The translations under genes were made by a program, and so were the position numbers. The notes under the pieces are model-generated. The model did not search any database. It had not been told where the DNA came from and saw only the letters and a list, made by a program, of their open reading frames with translations. This document shows, in pieces, positions 25,533 through 38,671 of a DNA stretch of 64,000 nt; within the stretch, counting starts at the first letter, position 1; each line of letters begins with the position of its first letter. The stretch comes from Octopus sinensis (Eukaryota): contig NC_043009.1 of the NCBI RefSeq assembly GCF_006345805.1, positions 26,040,001 through 26,104,000 of the forward strand, read 5' to 3'.

Positions 25533-26771
25533 GAGAGAGAGATAAAATAATTTAGCATTTCCTACCTGTCTCATTTTCCTTACATATATATATATATATA
25601 TAATATAGATATATATTATATATATATAATATATATATATTTGTATGTGTGTTTCTGTAAATGTATTGAAAGTAAGTTTTAATTGATAGTCCAGACCTAA
25701 TAATTATGTGAAGTTGAAACGTAAAATTTGCGAAGTTTCAAAGGAGAAATGTTTGCTGGATGAGGTGTGGTAAAAATGGTCGACTTACGTAAGAACTTGT
25801 TTGTCTGTGTGCTTACTTGTGTGTGTTAATTGCGTAAATTATAGCTTAAGCGTGTGCGCGCGTATAGAAACACACCCACATACACACACACACACACGTG
25901 TGTGTACGTGGTTGTGCAACATTTCATAGTATACTTAGTATAATTATAATGTATAATTAATTAATTAAGTACTTCAGGGTAAAAGCAAGCTTGCAGATTT
26001 TCGGTTTTTGAAACTAATGATAGGAATTTTTAAAAATCACTATTAAAAAAATAATAAACAATTCTAAACAATTACGAAATGTTTGGATCGAAAAACTCTA
26101 AAGAAAATGACTCTGATATAACACGCAGTTATTCAGCCATTCTAAAAGTGCCATTCTATTTAGTAGTGGTTGTTAATAAAATAGTTGTGTACGGATATAA
26201 AAGAAATATAATTATGTATTTGCTTAGTTATTAATGAATCGTTTTTAATACAATATTGTGTTGTTATGAATATGAAGTGTATGAAAAGTAGAGTTTAGGC
26301 AAGCATCTATACAAATTTTAAATCTCTAATCTATTTAAGCAGATTTAACGACATACGATTTTTTTATATTTTATGGCAGCTGTGAAATATTGTATTTACC
26401 TCGAAGTATAATTTATTTGAGAGTCATGCTGTAGATATATACAGTTATGTGTAGGAGTACAGGCTTGTGTGGAATATATGTAATATATAACGTACATTAA
26501 CGTACATTACGTAGTTTATATACATGCATACATACGTACACACACACGCACAGAACATACACACATGTATACTTATATAAGTTTTAATCGGTAGAAGTGA
26601 GAAAGTTGACTCATTAGCTGAGAATTTTGTGATTGTTTTGTACTGTGTGTGTATATGTATATGCATACATATACATATGTATATTGTGTATTCTATATAT
26701 ATATTATATATATATATATATATACTGTATATCTATCTATATACACACAAAATACATAATGCATATATATG

Positions 26772-26845
<74 letters not shown>

Positions 26846-26860
26846 TATATTATATATATA

Positions 26861-27408
26861 CAGGGTATTCAAAAACAATGAATCAATTTCATTACGCAAT
26901 ATTCTAATATGGAAAATAATTAAAATATTCAGCTAGGTCACAAGTATTTTACTCACAATCAACTTTTATTTCCTGTCTTACAAGTGTTCGATGTGTCACC
27001 ACCTGCAGCATGGGCAACATCAATGCGGATAAGAGAAATCCTCCCAGACTCATATCATCATATCACGATCCACTGAGTACTTCTTTGGCTGTCTGGCTGA
27101 ATGCTTCATCGAAGTTTTTCCATTCCCCTTCTCTGTCAATAGCTTCTGGAATTGCCTCAAGCAAAGCAAATTTATTCTTTACTTTCATGATGAACTTGCT
27201 TTTGATTTGCTGATACGCATCTGGAAGGAATTCTCTTATCGCATTGATATTGCCCGTGCTGCAGGTGGTGGCCACATTGAACTCTTGTAAGACAGGAAAT
27301 AAAAGTTGATTGTGAGTAAATACTTGTGACTTAGCTGGAGTTCTCTATTGCTTTCCCTTATTAAAATATTGCATAATGAAATCGGTTGATTCTGTTTGAA
27401 TAACCCTG
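26861..27408. mobile_element. Tc1/mariner-derived palindromic MITE with about 180-bp TIRs, TA TSD and a central LINE-like fragment
   Basis: TA|CAGGGTATTCAAA...TTGAATAACCCTG|TA; arms 26861-27040 and 27226-27408; right arm encodes IDIARAAGGGHIELL*, a transposase C-terminus. Confidence 0.85.
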
Positions 27409-27414
27409 TATATG

Positions 27415-27446
<32 letters not shown>

Positions 27447-27467
27447 TGTATGTATATATATATATAT

Positions 27468-27690
27468 GGGCACAGGAGTGGCTGTGTGGTAAGTAGTTTG
27501 CTTACCAACCACATGGTTCCGGGTTCAGTCCCACTGCGGTGCACCTTGGCAAGTGTCTTCTACTATAGCCACGGGCCGACCAAAGCCTTGTAAGTGGATT
27601 TGGTAGACGGAAGCTGGAAGGAGCCCGTCGTATATATATGTGTGCGTGTGTGTGTTTGCGTGTGTCTGTCTTTGTCCCCCCACCATCGCT
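27468..27690 (+). mobile_element. SINE-A, 5' half, adjoining a mariner fragment
   Basis: near-consensus head and CORE-like segment. Confidence 0.9.
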
Positions 27691-28200
27691 CCGTGGCCGA
27701 GCATTATCCTGATGAAGAACGCCTTTCGTCTTGAAACCAAAGATGCTCGTTTTTCTTCTAGCACTGACTTGAATGACTGGTTGAATGACCAAATCAAAGC
27801 TTCTCTGCTAACTCCACAACAGTTGCGGTGGGATTTTGTTCCACCATTCTTTGCAGGACGTCCTCGTCGAGCTCTACAGATCTTCAAGGACGAGGATCGT
27901 CTTCTAGGCTACAGTTTCCGGCTCAGAATTTCTCGATCCACCGTTGGCACTTGCTTACGCTTATTGTCGGATCTCCATAAACTGCATTAGTCTACCTCGC
28001 ACTTTCCGTTATATTGTTGCGTTTATTGATCTCATAAAGCAAAACACACCGAATATGCTCCTTTGTCACTGCCATTATATCTTCGAAAATGACTGTTAAA
28101 ATCGAACGGTATTCTTCAAAATTTGCAGTAATAACAAGGACAAGCTAAAATGACTATCTGCTTTCATAGTAACTTTATGCAGACAGTTTATCCCGTCCCC
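27691..28200 (-). mobile_element. Internally deleted mariner transposase remnant
   Basis: ATG at 28075: MAVTKEHIRCVLLYE...NAVYGDPTISVSKCQRWIEKF...SLEDDPRP...ELAEKL (HTH region) joined to LHQDNARP (catalytic-region motif). Confidence 0.85.
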
Positions 28201-28485
28201 CTGCGACTTTTAGTTCTTCCAATTGAAAAAGAACGCGCATTATTTATGACCCAACGAAATATGTGTGTGTGTGTGTGTTCGCGCGTGTGTGTGTGTATGT
28301 GTGTGTGTGTGTATGTATATATGTATATAACGTAAGACATTTATTTTAATTGAAATACTAAGTATGAAATACGACAAACGTAGATACACGCACACACACT
28401 TTTAAATGGAACATATATACATAGATACATACATACGTACGTACGTATATATTACATACGTAGATATATGCATGCGTATACCCCA

Positions 28486-28524
<39 letters not shown>

Positions 28525-29200
28525 GTATGTTATATGTGAAAATAATTTTACCGAGCATGAAGATAGTTCTTAAATGTAGCGACTAAAATAATCTTTTAAT
28601 GTAGGTTAACGACGTAAACATTGCCGCATATTTTTCTCTTATATTTTAAGAGATATTTTCGAAAGCTTTTACTTGTAATTAAATGAGAAAAAACATAACT
28701 TCAAATACTTATCGCCCTTGGTATAGTTATTTGTGTTTTAAAGGCATTTAGCTTAATTTTTTTAATATATTCAATATATATTAATACATCGCTACTAACA
28801 GCTACATATATATATATATATAAATTTATACATATATATAAATGCAAATAAACATATAAATATATGCATTTATATATTGAAGATACCAAGTAATAACATT
28901 TTAGTTATTTTAATTTAAATAATTTATTTTAGTATAAGCTTTCTAGATATCTACTTTTACAAGTTTTTTTTACAATTTAGCAATACTACTACATTTTATA
29001 CGTTTATAGCTAAAACTAATTCTTTTTACCACTTTTCAAATTGAAAACAATTTATTGACGTTGCGTCAAATTACTCCAAAATTCTATTTTTAAAACCATT
29101 ATTTTTTTATATGTTCTCATCACAGATACTCTTACGAATATCGTCTTTAGCCCAATCCCATACGTGTGCGAGGGTGTATATATATATATATATATATATA

Positions 29201-29483
29201 TCACCGTGGTCACCGTGACCGACCAGGCTATCAGATGTTGCTACACATCACTGGTCACAATGCGCTTCGCATTGTTTTAGCCTTCAAATGACGAGCAGAA
29301 GAAAGATTGAGAGAAAGTTGTGCCGAAAGAGTACAGCAGGGACCGCCACCACCCCCTGCCGGAGCCTCGTGGAGCTTTAGGTGTTTTCGCTCAATAAACA
29401 CTCACAACACCCGGTCTGGGAAACGAAACCGTGATCCTACGATCGCATGTCCGCTGCCCTAACCACTGGGCCATTGCGCCTCC
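29201..29483 (-). mobile_element. SINE-B with tail type ii
   Basis: GGAGGCGCAATGGCCCAGTGG head; tail GAAGGCTAAAACAATGCGAAGCGCATTGTGACCAG...GGTCACGGTGA. Confidence 0.88.
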
Positions 29484-29539
29484 ACACACAAACACACACA
29501 CACACACACAACACACACACACGTATATATAAATATATA

Positions 29540-29575
<36 letters not shown>

Positions 29576-30342
29576 TGTATATGTATATGTAGAGAGAGTG
29601 AGAGGGATAGAGAGAGAGCGAAACAGCTGTATGAATAGATTAACGGATTTTATGTGGTTAAAACAAATAGAATATTCCATAGAAACATTTCCAGAAATTT
29701 TTACTTCAAAATTAGAAGACCTATCAAGCGAAGGAAGACAACTCGCCTGGCCATAATTTTTTAAAAGAAATATTTCTTTAACTATCACCGGCGTTCTTGT
29801 GTTAAAAAAAAGCATTCTTTGCAGAGAACAGTTATCGTTTAGAGAACTTGAAGATATGTCTAGTTCACGCTAGATATGAAGCCAATGGTTTTTTTCTAAA
29901 TTGTTACGTAACACATACAAATATATATTTATATATATATATATGTATGTATGTATGTAAGTATGTATATGCTGTGTGTGTGTGTGTGTGTGTGTGTAAA
30001 TCTGTGTGTGTGTGTGTGTGTCTCAAGTTCACATTCCATATATCTCCTTATCGTATGAATTCTTTTTCTTCCACCATCTGCTGAATACAAACTCAGGCTA
30101 TTTCAGGATTTCCATTTTTTTTTATTATTCTTTATTGATAATTCAACTAGAATTATCTATTACACCAATGATTGCTTAATGTTTTTTTATATGACGTATC
30201 TATTATTCCAACAGGATTTGAGAAACCATATTTAGCAAAATTCCGTTGTTAAAAATAAATATTTAACTGTACCAATAGTATCGAGTTCTTTATTCTATTC
30301 TGATTATTTCATGCATATACACACACACAACACACACACACA

Positions 30343-30377
<35 letters not shown>

Positions 30378-30456
30378 TATATACATATATATATAAGTGC
30401 ATACGTATATATATATGTGTGCGTGTGTGTGTGTGAATATATATACAGATATATGT

Positions 30457-30700
30457 GTTGCTATGTGGCGTGGAGTTTGCTTCGCAGCCACATGGTTCCG
30501 GGTTAAGACCCACTTCGTGATACCTTGGGCAAGTGTCTTCGTCTGAGGACTCAGACCTACCGAAACCGTGTGTATGTGTGTATGTGTTGTTTGTGAGTGT
30601 GCGTGTGTGTGTGTGTGTGAGTGCGTGTGACTCAGTGTCTGTGTTTGTCCTCCACCAAAACTTGACAACCGCAGTCTAATGACTGAAGGAAATAAAGATA
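30457..30700 (+). mobile_element. SINE-A with internal deletion
   Basis: head plus CCTTGGGCAAGTGTCTT; CTTGACAACC fused directly to the GCAGTCTAATGACTGAA tail. Confidence 0.8.
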
Positions 30701-30789
30701 AAAATAAAAATACATATATATATATTATATATATTATATTAATATATATATATATATATTCTTTTTTTATATATATAGGGAGAATTTAC

Positions 30790-30905
30790 GAAAAAAACAC
30801 AAAAGACGAAGACAGGTGGTGTACAAAACAAACAGATGTTATTAAACGCTCAGGAATAGAAAAAGTCTTTTCCGTGTCGAGCCTACGCTCTTCTACAGAA
30901 AGGGA
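30790..30905 (-). mobile_element. Penelope-like terminal-repeat remnant (second family)
   Basis: minus CTTT-CTGTAGA-A-GAGC(GTAG)GCTC-GACACGGAAAAG; homologous to 15095-15215. Confidence 0.5.
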
Positions 30906-30998
30906 CACAGAAAAAAGAGAGAAACAAGGAGAGAGAAAAATGTGTGTAGTGGCTAACGATCTATCATGGCGTCTGGCTTATATATATATTATTATATA

Positions 30999-31038
<40 letters not shown>

Positions 31039-31306
31039 AATTCATATATATATATGTATATATATATATTTATATATATATATATACATGTGTATATATG
31101 TATATATATGTGTGTGTATGTTGTGTTATATATATATATAAATACAGGCATAGGCGTAGCTATGTGGTGTGGAGTTTGCTTCGCACCCACATGGTTCTGG
31201 ATTCAGTGACATCCATCACATAGACATCCATCACATAGACACCTATCAACTCACAGCTGGTCACATTCCAAACATATTGAAAGAACATTCAACACCATAC
31301 AGACAA

Positions 31307-31342
<36 letters not shown>

Positions 31343-31397
31343 CACACACAGGTGGGTATAAAACCCATTCAATAAATCCCTTTTAATCACTTGAATC

Positions 31398-31514
31398 AAA
31401 ATTCAACAAAACCTGTTACTCTGAGTTTCCCGTTGCCGTTCATCGCAGTTTCCTAGCAAAAACTGTCCGATGAACGGCAACGGGAACTCAGAGTATCAGG
31501 TTTTGTTGAATTTT
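31398..31514. repeat. 117-nt near-perfect fold-back palindrome
   Basis: AAAATTCAACAAAACCTGTTACTCTGAGTTTCCCGTTGCCGTTCATCG paired with CGATGAACGGCAACGGGAACTCAGAGTATCAGGTTTTGTTGAATTTT. Confidence 0.92.
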
Positions 31515-31607
31515 CTGCTGCTTTAAATAAAGTATATATATATATAATATATATCTATATATAGGTGTGTGTGTGTGTGTGTGTGTTTGTGTGTGTATGT
31601 ATATAAT

Positions 31608-31766
31608 AGGGCAGAAGTTGGGTGTGTAGTAAGTAACTTGGTTACCAACCACGCGATTCCAGGTTCAGTTCCACTGCATAGCACCTTAGGCACCTGTCTT
31701 CTACTATAAATTCGTACCGACCAAAGCCTTGTGATTGTATTTGGTAACTGAAAGAAGCCCGTCATG

Positions 31767-31836
<70 letters not shown>

Positions 31837-31848
31837 TGTGTGTGTGTT

Positions 31849-31886
<38 letters not shown>

Positions 31887-32053
31887 TCACTCCACTATCG
31901 CTCGTCGACCGATGTTGGTGTGTTTACGTCCCCATAACATAGCGGTTCTGCATAAAGCCCGATAGAATAAGTCCTGGGGTCGATTTTCTCGACTAAAGGC
32001 AGTGCTCCAGCATGACCGCAGTCAAATGACCGAAACAAGTAACAGAATAAAAG
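31608..32053 (+). mobile_element. SINE-A, full length
   Basis: all modules present, with an expanded internal (TA)n(TG)n. Confidence 0.9.
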
Positions 32054-32702
32054 AATATACGTAAATGTCGAACGACGAATTGAAAAATTGTTAAGACACA
32101 AATATATTTTTCTATTTTCATTAACATAAAACCAATGGTAGCCTTAGGTCATAAATAAATAATATATATATTCTTATTTTTCTGTTTTCGTTGGTTATAA
32201 AGGCTTTTATCGCAACGTAAAGGCTAACCTGAAGAGTCAATCACAATTAGTGACAACTGACTTTCTTGTTTTTAGATTAATATAACGTATAATCGCCTTC
32301 GTTATTTCATAATTTCCACATTACCACTATTCTGAATAAGTCAGTGGTTCATATGGTAAATGCTATATACGAACGGTTGGGATTTAGCTACACCGTCCAA
32401 CGATGGAGCAGTCACCACTGAGGATCTTTAATCGAAACGAAGTTAGACTAGTATGGTGGTCTCGCTCGATGTGAAGAGGTTATTTCCCCCGTCAGTGCAC
32501 AGTTATGCGCTTCCTGAGGCTATAAGCGCTTTTAGCGCTTATTTCTACGAATGTATGTATGTGTTACCTTGCACCGTCAGTCACAATTAGTGACAAATGA
32601 ATTTTTCCTTTTTGATTTTATACTGCGTATAGCCACCTTCGTTATTTTACACATACACACACACATGCACGCACGCACACATACACGCACACACACACAT
32701 GG

Positions 32703-32733
<31 letters not shown>

Positions 32734-32779
32734 CGCATTGTTTGTCTATGTATGCATATCTCTATGTATTTTGAGATGA

Positions 32780-32945
32780 AAACGGTGAGTTGGCAGTAAT
32801 CGGCTTGTTACATTCTGAATTCGAATACCGCCGAGATCAGCTTTTTCTCTTCTCCCCTCCTTGGTCGATAAAACGAAGTACCAGTTAGAGACTACGACCA
32901 TTCTCCTCAAAGTTGCTGGCCTTGTGCCTAAATATGAAACCAGTA
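32780..32945 (+). mobile_element. SINE-D, diverged
   Basis: TGAATTCGAATACCGCCGAG, GGTCGATAAAACGAAGTACCAG, GCTGGCCTTGTGCC. Confidence 0.75.
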
Positions 32946-33765
32946 CGTTTCTAAAGTTCAGCAGAATCTCCCCAAAGTCATATCCAAACTTTGACTTCGC
33001 AATTTTTGATATTTAACCTAATTAGGCTGGAAGAAAATTAAAAGATCTTTTATTTATTTATTCATTTATTTATCGTTTATTGTAATCACTTTTCTTTAAT
33101 GATATTAAATAGCGATATTTGATTATGCAGCGAAATCCCAAGTGGTTTAAAGTGATTTAAAGCTTAGAGCCTGTTCAAATTATTAAATATAAGCAATGCT
33201 AATTATGCACACAGTTTTCTCAAGATGCTCTAACAATCATACAACAGCCTCATAACATTCATTTAATGCATTTGCATATCTAATTCAATTTAATTTTCAA
33301 TAATAAATAAGAAGCAAAATATTAATTATATAGTTGAGATTATTATTTTTTTCTGAAATTTAAGAAAAAAAAATGTTTTCGGAATTTTTCCTAAAGTGTT
33401 GATTAAAATAATTTTAGTGAAATGCAAATAAAATTACGTTGTATGGAATTATGCTTCGATAAAAAATTAATATTTTTTGTTCTTTATAATTTGGTTTTTA
33501 AAATATTTTTAAAGGATTCATAATTGTATTTCAGTTGCTGTAATTTTCTAAATTAAGGTTATTATACCATTATAGCAGGACACACGTTGCATTCTGCACA
33601 TCGTGTGCTCTTTTACGTTTTTGCAGCGTTAAAAATACTACATAATGTAAATACTGCCCTTTTAAATATCCCTTTAGGCTTCCATAATTAAATCTTCATT
33701 CATGACAACCACAATACCACTGTCATCTTTTATCAAATAATCTGATCAGCATCGGAAGAAAATAA

Positions 33766-33930
33766 GGGTTGGCAGTACGGTAAGAAATTTGTTCCTAACC
33801 ACATCGTTTCCGTTTCGCACTCACTGCGTAGCATCTTGAGCAAGTTCATCTACTGTAGTCCAAATATAGCCCCAGGGGGACCAAAGCCATGTGAGATCTG
33901 ATAGACAAAATCTCAAAGACGTCTGCTGTA
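33766..33930 (+). mobile_element. SINE-A, 5' part, diverged
   Basis: similar to the SINE-A head and CORE-like segment. Confidence 0.65.
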
Positions 33931-33949
33931 TACACACACACACACACAT

Positions 33950-33982
<33 letters not shown>

Positions 33983-34898
33983 CTCGCACACACAGAGTTG
34001 GCTAGAGGTCACCCGACTGTAAATCAAAATTCTATAAATACTATCGTAATTCTGTATTGACTCGAATGGAAGAATATGTCGCGCAAGAAGGACTTCAGCT
34101 TGAGCGATTTTCATGATGTTTCATATTTGATGCTTTCATTAAATTCATTCAGTTGAGTTTTTAAACATAAATAAATCTTGGAAGTAAATGGTTTTGATTT
34201 GCTGTCAGATGACCTTTTGGCCAACCATGTATATATATATAATATTATATATATATCTATATATGTATATAGAAGTAATATATTGCAGCAACGAAGTACC
34301 GATAGTTACTGAAAATAGCGAACGTAATAAATACGACGCTAATGTATAGCTTCACCGCGTATTCTTTACTGGAAAGCAATACTGTCGTATTGCATTACTA
34401 TATATATATATATATATAATATATATATTATAATATATATATTGTGTTTTTGAAATGGAAAGATGAATTATCTTGTTACGGATTATTCAAAGTTTAACCG
34501 ATACCTGGTAGCAAAAATCACAGCAGAAAAAACATGGTTGGAGATAAGACCATATGGTGTTGCAACCGTGCGTTGGTGCGGATAATTGAAGTTTAATATA
34601 ATTAGTGAATGGAAGAAATGGAGTTGAACGAAGATTGTACAGAATTCCTTTTATTACATTCTACACATGTTTCAAAGGCCACACTTTTCCAAATTCTGAT
34701 TAAATAATTCTGATTTTTTTACCCATGGGCTCTTAAGGAGCGTCCTCGTTCGAATTGCTTTGCTGCGACTCTGTTTTGTTTTGTTCTGACAACGTAATTC
34801 CTGGTTTTTCCCGAAGAGAAAGCTGCAATATGGTATCCTTATTTAATCAAATTTGGAAAATTGTGGTCTTTCAAACATGTGTAGAATGTAATAAAGGA

Positions 34899-34904
<6 letters not shown>

Positions 34905-34966
<62 letters not shown>

Positions 34967-34968
34967 TT

Positions 34969-35045
<77 letters not shown>
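34905..35045. repeat. (TA)n(GA)n(GATA)n compound microsatellite
   Basis: direct reading. Confidence 0.96.
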
Positions 35046-35046
<1 letters not shown>

Positions 35047-35106
35047 TCAGATGAATATGGTACTGAAGTTGAGACACCAGAATTTATATTACGGTTGCTT
35101 ATTTTG

Positions 35107-35144
<38 letters not shown>

Positions 35145-35284
35145 CAAAGTAAATCACAGCACATACCCAAGGCACACAGATCTGCGCTTGGTAGTTAAGT
35201 GAAAGCACGCTATAAAAATTAAACTACTGAACAATAATAATAGTAATAATAATTATAATGATGATTATGATGATGATGATAATG

Positions 35285-35741
35285 GTTTCAAAGGTCAGCA
35301 GTTTCTGGGGAGGCTTAAGTCGATTACATCTGCTATGATGCTCAACTGCTTCTTAGTTCATTAACCCACAACAGATGATGGCAAAATTGCCCCTGTTGGC
35401 ATTTGAACTTAGAACAAAATATCAGATGGAATGCCGCTAATTATTTAGTCCGGTGCGGAAACAATTCTGCAAGCTCGCCTCCCTAATAACAACAACAACA
35501 ACAACAACAATAATAATTATTATAATTATAATATTCTACGAGCTAGCATAATCGTTATCACACCTGGCAGAATGCTTCACGGCATTTCGTCCGTCTTTAT
35601 GTTTTGAGTTCAAATTCCGCCGAGGTCGACTTTGCCTCTTGTCGTTTTTAGGGTCGATAAATTGAGTACAATGAAACACTGGAGTCGATGCAATCGACTA
35701 GCCTCCACCCCAAGAATTTCAGGCCTTGTGCCTTTATTAGA

Positions 35742-35745
<4 letters not shown>
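35285..35745. mobile_element. Two SINE-D copies in inverted orientation (35285-35482 minus; 35555-35745 plus)
   Basis: each matches other SINE-D copies; separated by about 70 bp of (AAC)/(AAT) repeat. Confidence 0.8.
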
Positions 35746-35792
<47 letters not shown>

Positions 35793-36463
35793 TTAAACAA
35801 ACTAACATTTGTTGTTGTTGCTGTTGTGGTTTCTGTTCTCGTTGTTGTTATTATGATCATTGTGAAATTAATATTACTAATATTGATATTATAATTACTA
35901 CTGTTTTTTTTTTTATTGGTTAAATGTGCATTCATTCGCTCATTTGATTGTAATAAATCTATCGTATTATTTGATAAATGGAATGGACTTTATTGCCAAA
36001 CAGTGCAAGATTTTTATTTCTGGTATTCTTCCCACATTTGGAAGAAAACAAAACATCAACCCACCTAGCAATGCTTCATGGCCACGAGGCATGAAGTACA
36101 GAGCGAATAAAGTAGAATAGGCGTTTAAGACGTCAGCAAGAAAAGATGAAACAAAGGAAAACACATTCAATCTAGCTAATGCATAAATTTCTAATTTTAA
36201 ACTTATGGAAAAGGAAATGCATTTTTCGCTGTAAATGCTTCATTTAACACAACTTTTCACACCATCACACATATAGGCAGTTTTAGGCAAAAAGAAACAA
36301 AACAAACAAAATAACTAATTTTTTTTGTTGGTAGTAATGAAGAAGTTTTCAAGTTTGAATTTACAAACAGGAAAAAAAATGTGGTACATGTACGTGACCA
36401 AAGCAATTACCGCCTAACTTGATGCTTTTTAACTGATATCAAGAGAGGATGACAGTAACTTAC

Positions 36464-36618
36464 TTCTACTTTCGAAAAGAGTGAGAGAAGGCTTGAATTT
36501 TCATAAAAAGAACACATGATGGCTGAAAGGGTGTAGTTTCTCTCGATTGGGCGAAGCACACAGTGTCCGCTGGTCTCCAAGAACGAGTTCCTATTTGACT
36601 CACTTTTATTGAAGGCTC
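36464..36618 (-). CDS. Candidate internal exon, phase 1 to 0, unidentified
   Basis: ttctgatag|GAGCC...GTAGAA|gtaagt; open frame GAFNKSESNRNSFLETSGHCVLRPIERNYTLSAIMCSFYENSSLLSLFSKVE; an alternative internal acceptor ccctttcag keeps the same frame. Confidence 0.35.
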
Positions 36619-36999
36619 CTATCAGAATATATAGAACAACAGAAAACAAAGGTTACGGTTCACAATAAGAGAAATTAGCAGGGTCGTTGACCATTGAGCA
36701 GTTGTATTTATGGAACAATACAGAAATATGTTTAGTGTCAAATGATTAACTGATGTTTGGTCGGGAGTGACCTGTATGGTCATATAAGTCTCAAATCACC
36801 CCTAAAATTAAAAGGCCAGTCTGGAGTTGTATCTCGTCATAGGTGCACAAGAGAACACCATGCCAATAGGGAATCAAAGGTTTACTTACAATATACGTGG
36901 CAATCGAGCCATTTCATGGGTTATTACATCGAGTAATTTACAAATACATTCATATAATATATTATAATGTATATATATATTATATATATATATATATGT

Positions 37000-37191
37000 G
37001 GAGGCGCAATGGCCTAGTGGTTAGGGCAGCGGACTCGCGGTCGCAGGATCGCGGTTTCGATTCCCAGACCGGGCGTTGTGAGTGTTTATTGAGCGAAAAC
37101 ACCTAAAAAGGGTGGTGATCCCTGCTGTACTCTTTCTTCTGTTGGCCTACTCGCTTAGCCAGCGGGGTGGCGTCATTCGAAGGCTAAAACA
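37000..37191 (+). mobile_element. SINE-B (tail ii); duplicated at 37742-37998
   Basis: GGAGGCGCAATGGCCTAGTGG A box, GGTTTCGATTCCC B box. Confidence 0.88.
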
Positions 37192-38019
37192 ATATCAAGA
37201 GAGGATGACAGTAACTTACTTCTACTTTCGAAAGAGTGAGAGAAGGCTTGAATTTCATAAAAAGAACAAAGATGGCTGAAGGGTGTAGTTTCTCTCGATT
37301 GGCGAAGCACACAGTGTCCGCTGGTCTCAAGAACGAGTTCCTATTGACTCACTTTTATTGAAGGCTCTATCAGAATATATAGAACAACAGAAAACAAAGG
37401 TTACGGTTCACAATAAGAGAAATTAGCAGGGTCGTTGACCATTGAGCAGTTGTATTTATGGAACAATACAGAAATATGTTTAGTGTCAAATGATTAACTG
37501 ATGTTTGGTCGGGAGTGACTGTATGGTATATTAAGTCTCAAATCACCCTAAAATTAAAAGGCCAGTCGGAGTTGTATCTCGTCATAGGTGCACGAGAAAC
37601 ACCATGCCAATAGGGAATCAAAGGTTTTTACAATATACGTGGCAATCGAGCCATTTCATGGGTTATTACACGAGTAATTTACAAATACATTCATATAATA
37701 TATTATAATGTATATATATATATAGATATATATATATATGTGGAGGCGCATGGCTAGTGGTTAGGGCAGCGGACTCGCGCGGTCGCAGGATCGCGGTTTC
37801 GATTCCCAGACCGGGCGTTGTGAGTGTTATTGAGCGAAAAACACCTAAAAAGGGTGGTGATCCTTGCTGTACTTTCTTCTGTTGGCTACTGCTTGCCAGC
37901 GGGGTGGCGTCATTCGAAGGCTAAAACAATGCGAACGCATTGTGACCAGCGATGTGTAACAACATCTGATGGTCTGGTCGGTTACGTGATCACGTGATAT
38001 ATATATATATATATACACA

Positions 38020-38620
38020 TTAATTTCTGGCTTCAGCCCGAGAGCTACGGCCATGCTGAGATATTGTCGTTTGCTTTGCTGCACTTTCAATAAGACTTCT
38101 CTAATGTGTGGCATTTATTGAATGAGAGAGTTTGATTTTACTGTCCTCATCTGCTTTTTTTGCCATGAAGTAGATTCACCCGGAACTCTTGACAGAAGGA
38201 GATCCAGTTTTATTTTGAAGACGTCTACATCCACTCAATTTAGGTCTCTTAGTCTTTGTGGGAAGATACGGGAGAGTTGTGGGCTATTCAAGCCCAAGTG
38301 TCTGGTCTTGTATTCTGATGGCAAATTTGGAATTTTTGGTACTATGTTGTGGCGCCCCGTTCTGCTATGTGTGTAACTAACAAAGGCCAAATTTTGGTAC
38401 AAGTTCTTCTAGTGTTTTCCAGGTGTATATTACTGCATATCTTTGCCGCCTTCATTCTAGGGAATAGAGTCTTAACTTTTTCAGTCTTACCCAGGTGGCA
38501 GGTGGCATTGAGTCGATATTCTTCGTGTAACTTTGTTGCATTGCATCGAGTTCTGTCGATAATTTTACACTATGCGGTGACCACAGTTGGGAGTTGTAAT
38601 CCAAACAATTGTGAACCATC
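38020..38620 (-). mobile_element. CR1-type LINE 3' fragment
   Basis: LDYNSQLWSPHSVKLSTELDAMQQSYTKNI...RLKKLRLYSLE; downstream VFKIKLDLLLSRVP; 3'UTR CAGCATGGCCGTAGC. Confidence 0.85.
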
Positions 38621-38627
38621 ATATATA

Positions 38628-38671
<44 letters not shown>

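Larger units (their letters stand above)
36437..37930. repeat. Tandem duplication of about 755 bp (36437-37191 and 37192-37930), probable assembly artefact
   Basis: second copy differs mainly by 1-bp homopolymer deletions (GAAAAG/GAAAG, TTGGGC/TTGGC, CTCCAA/CTCAA, ATTTG/ATTG). Confidence 0.9.
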
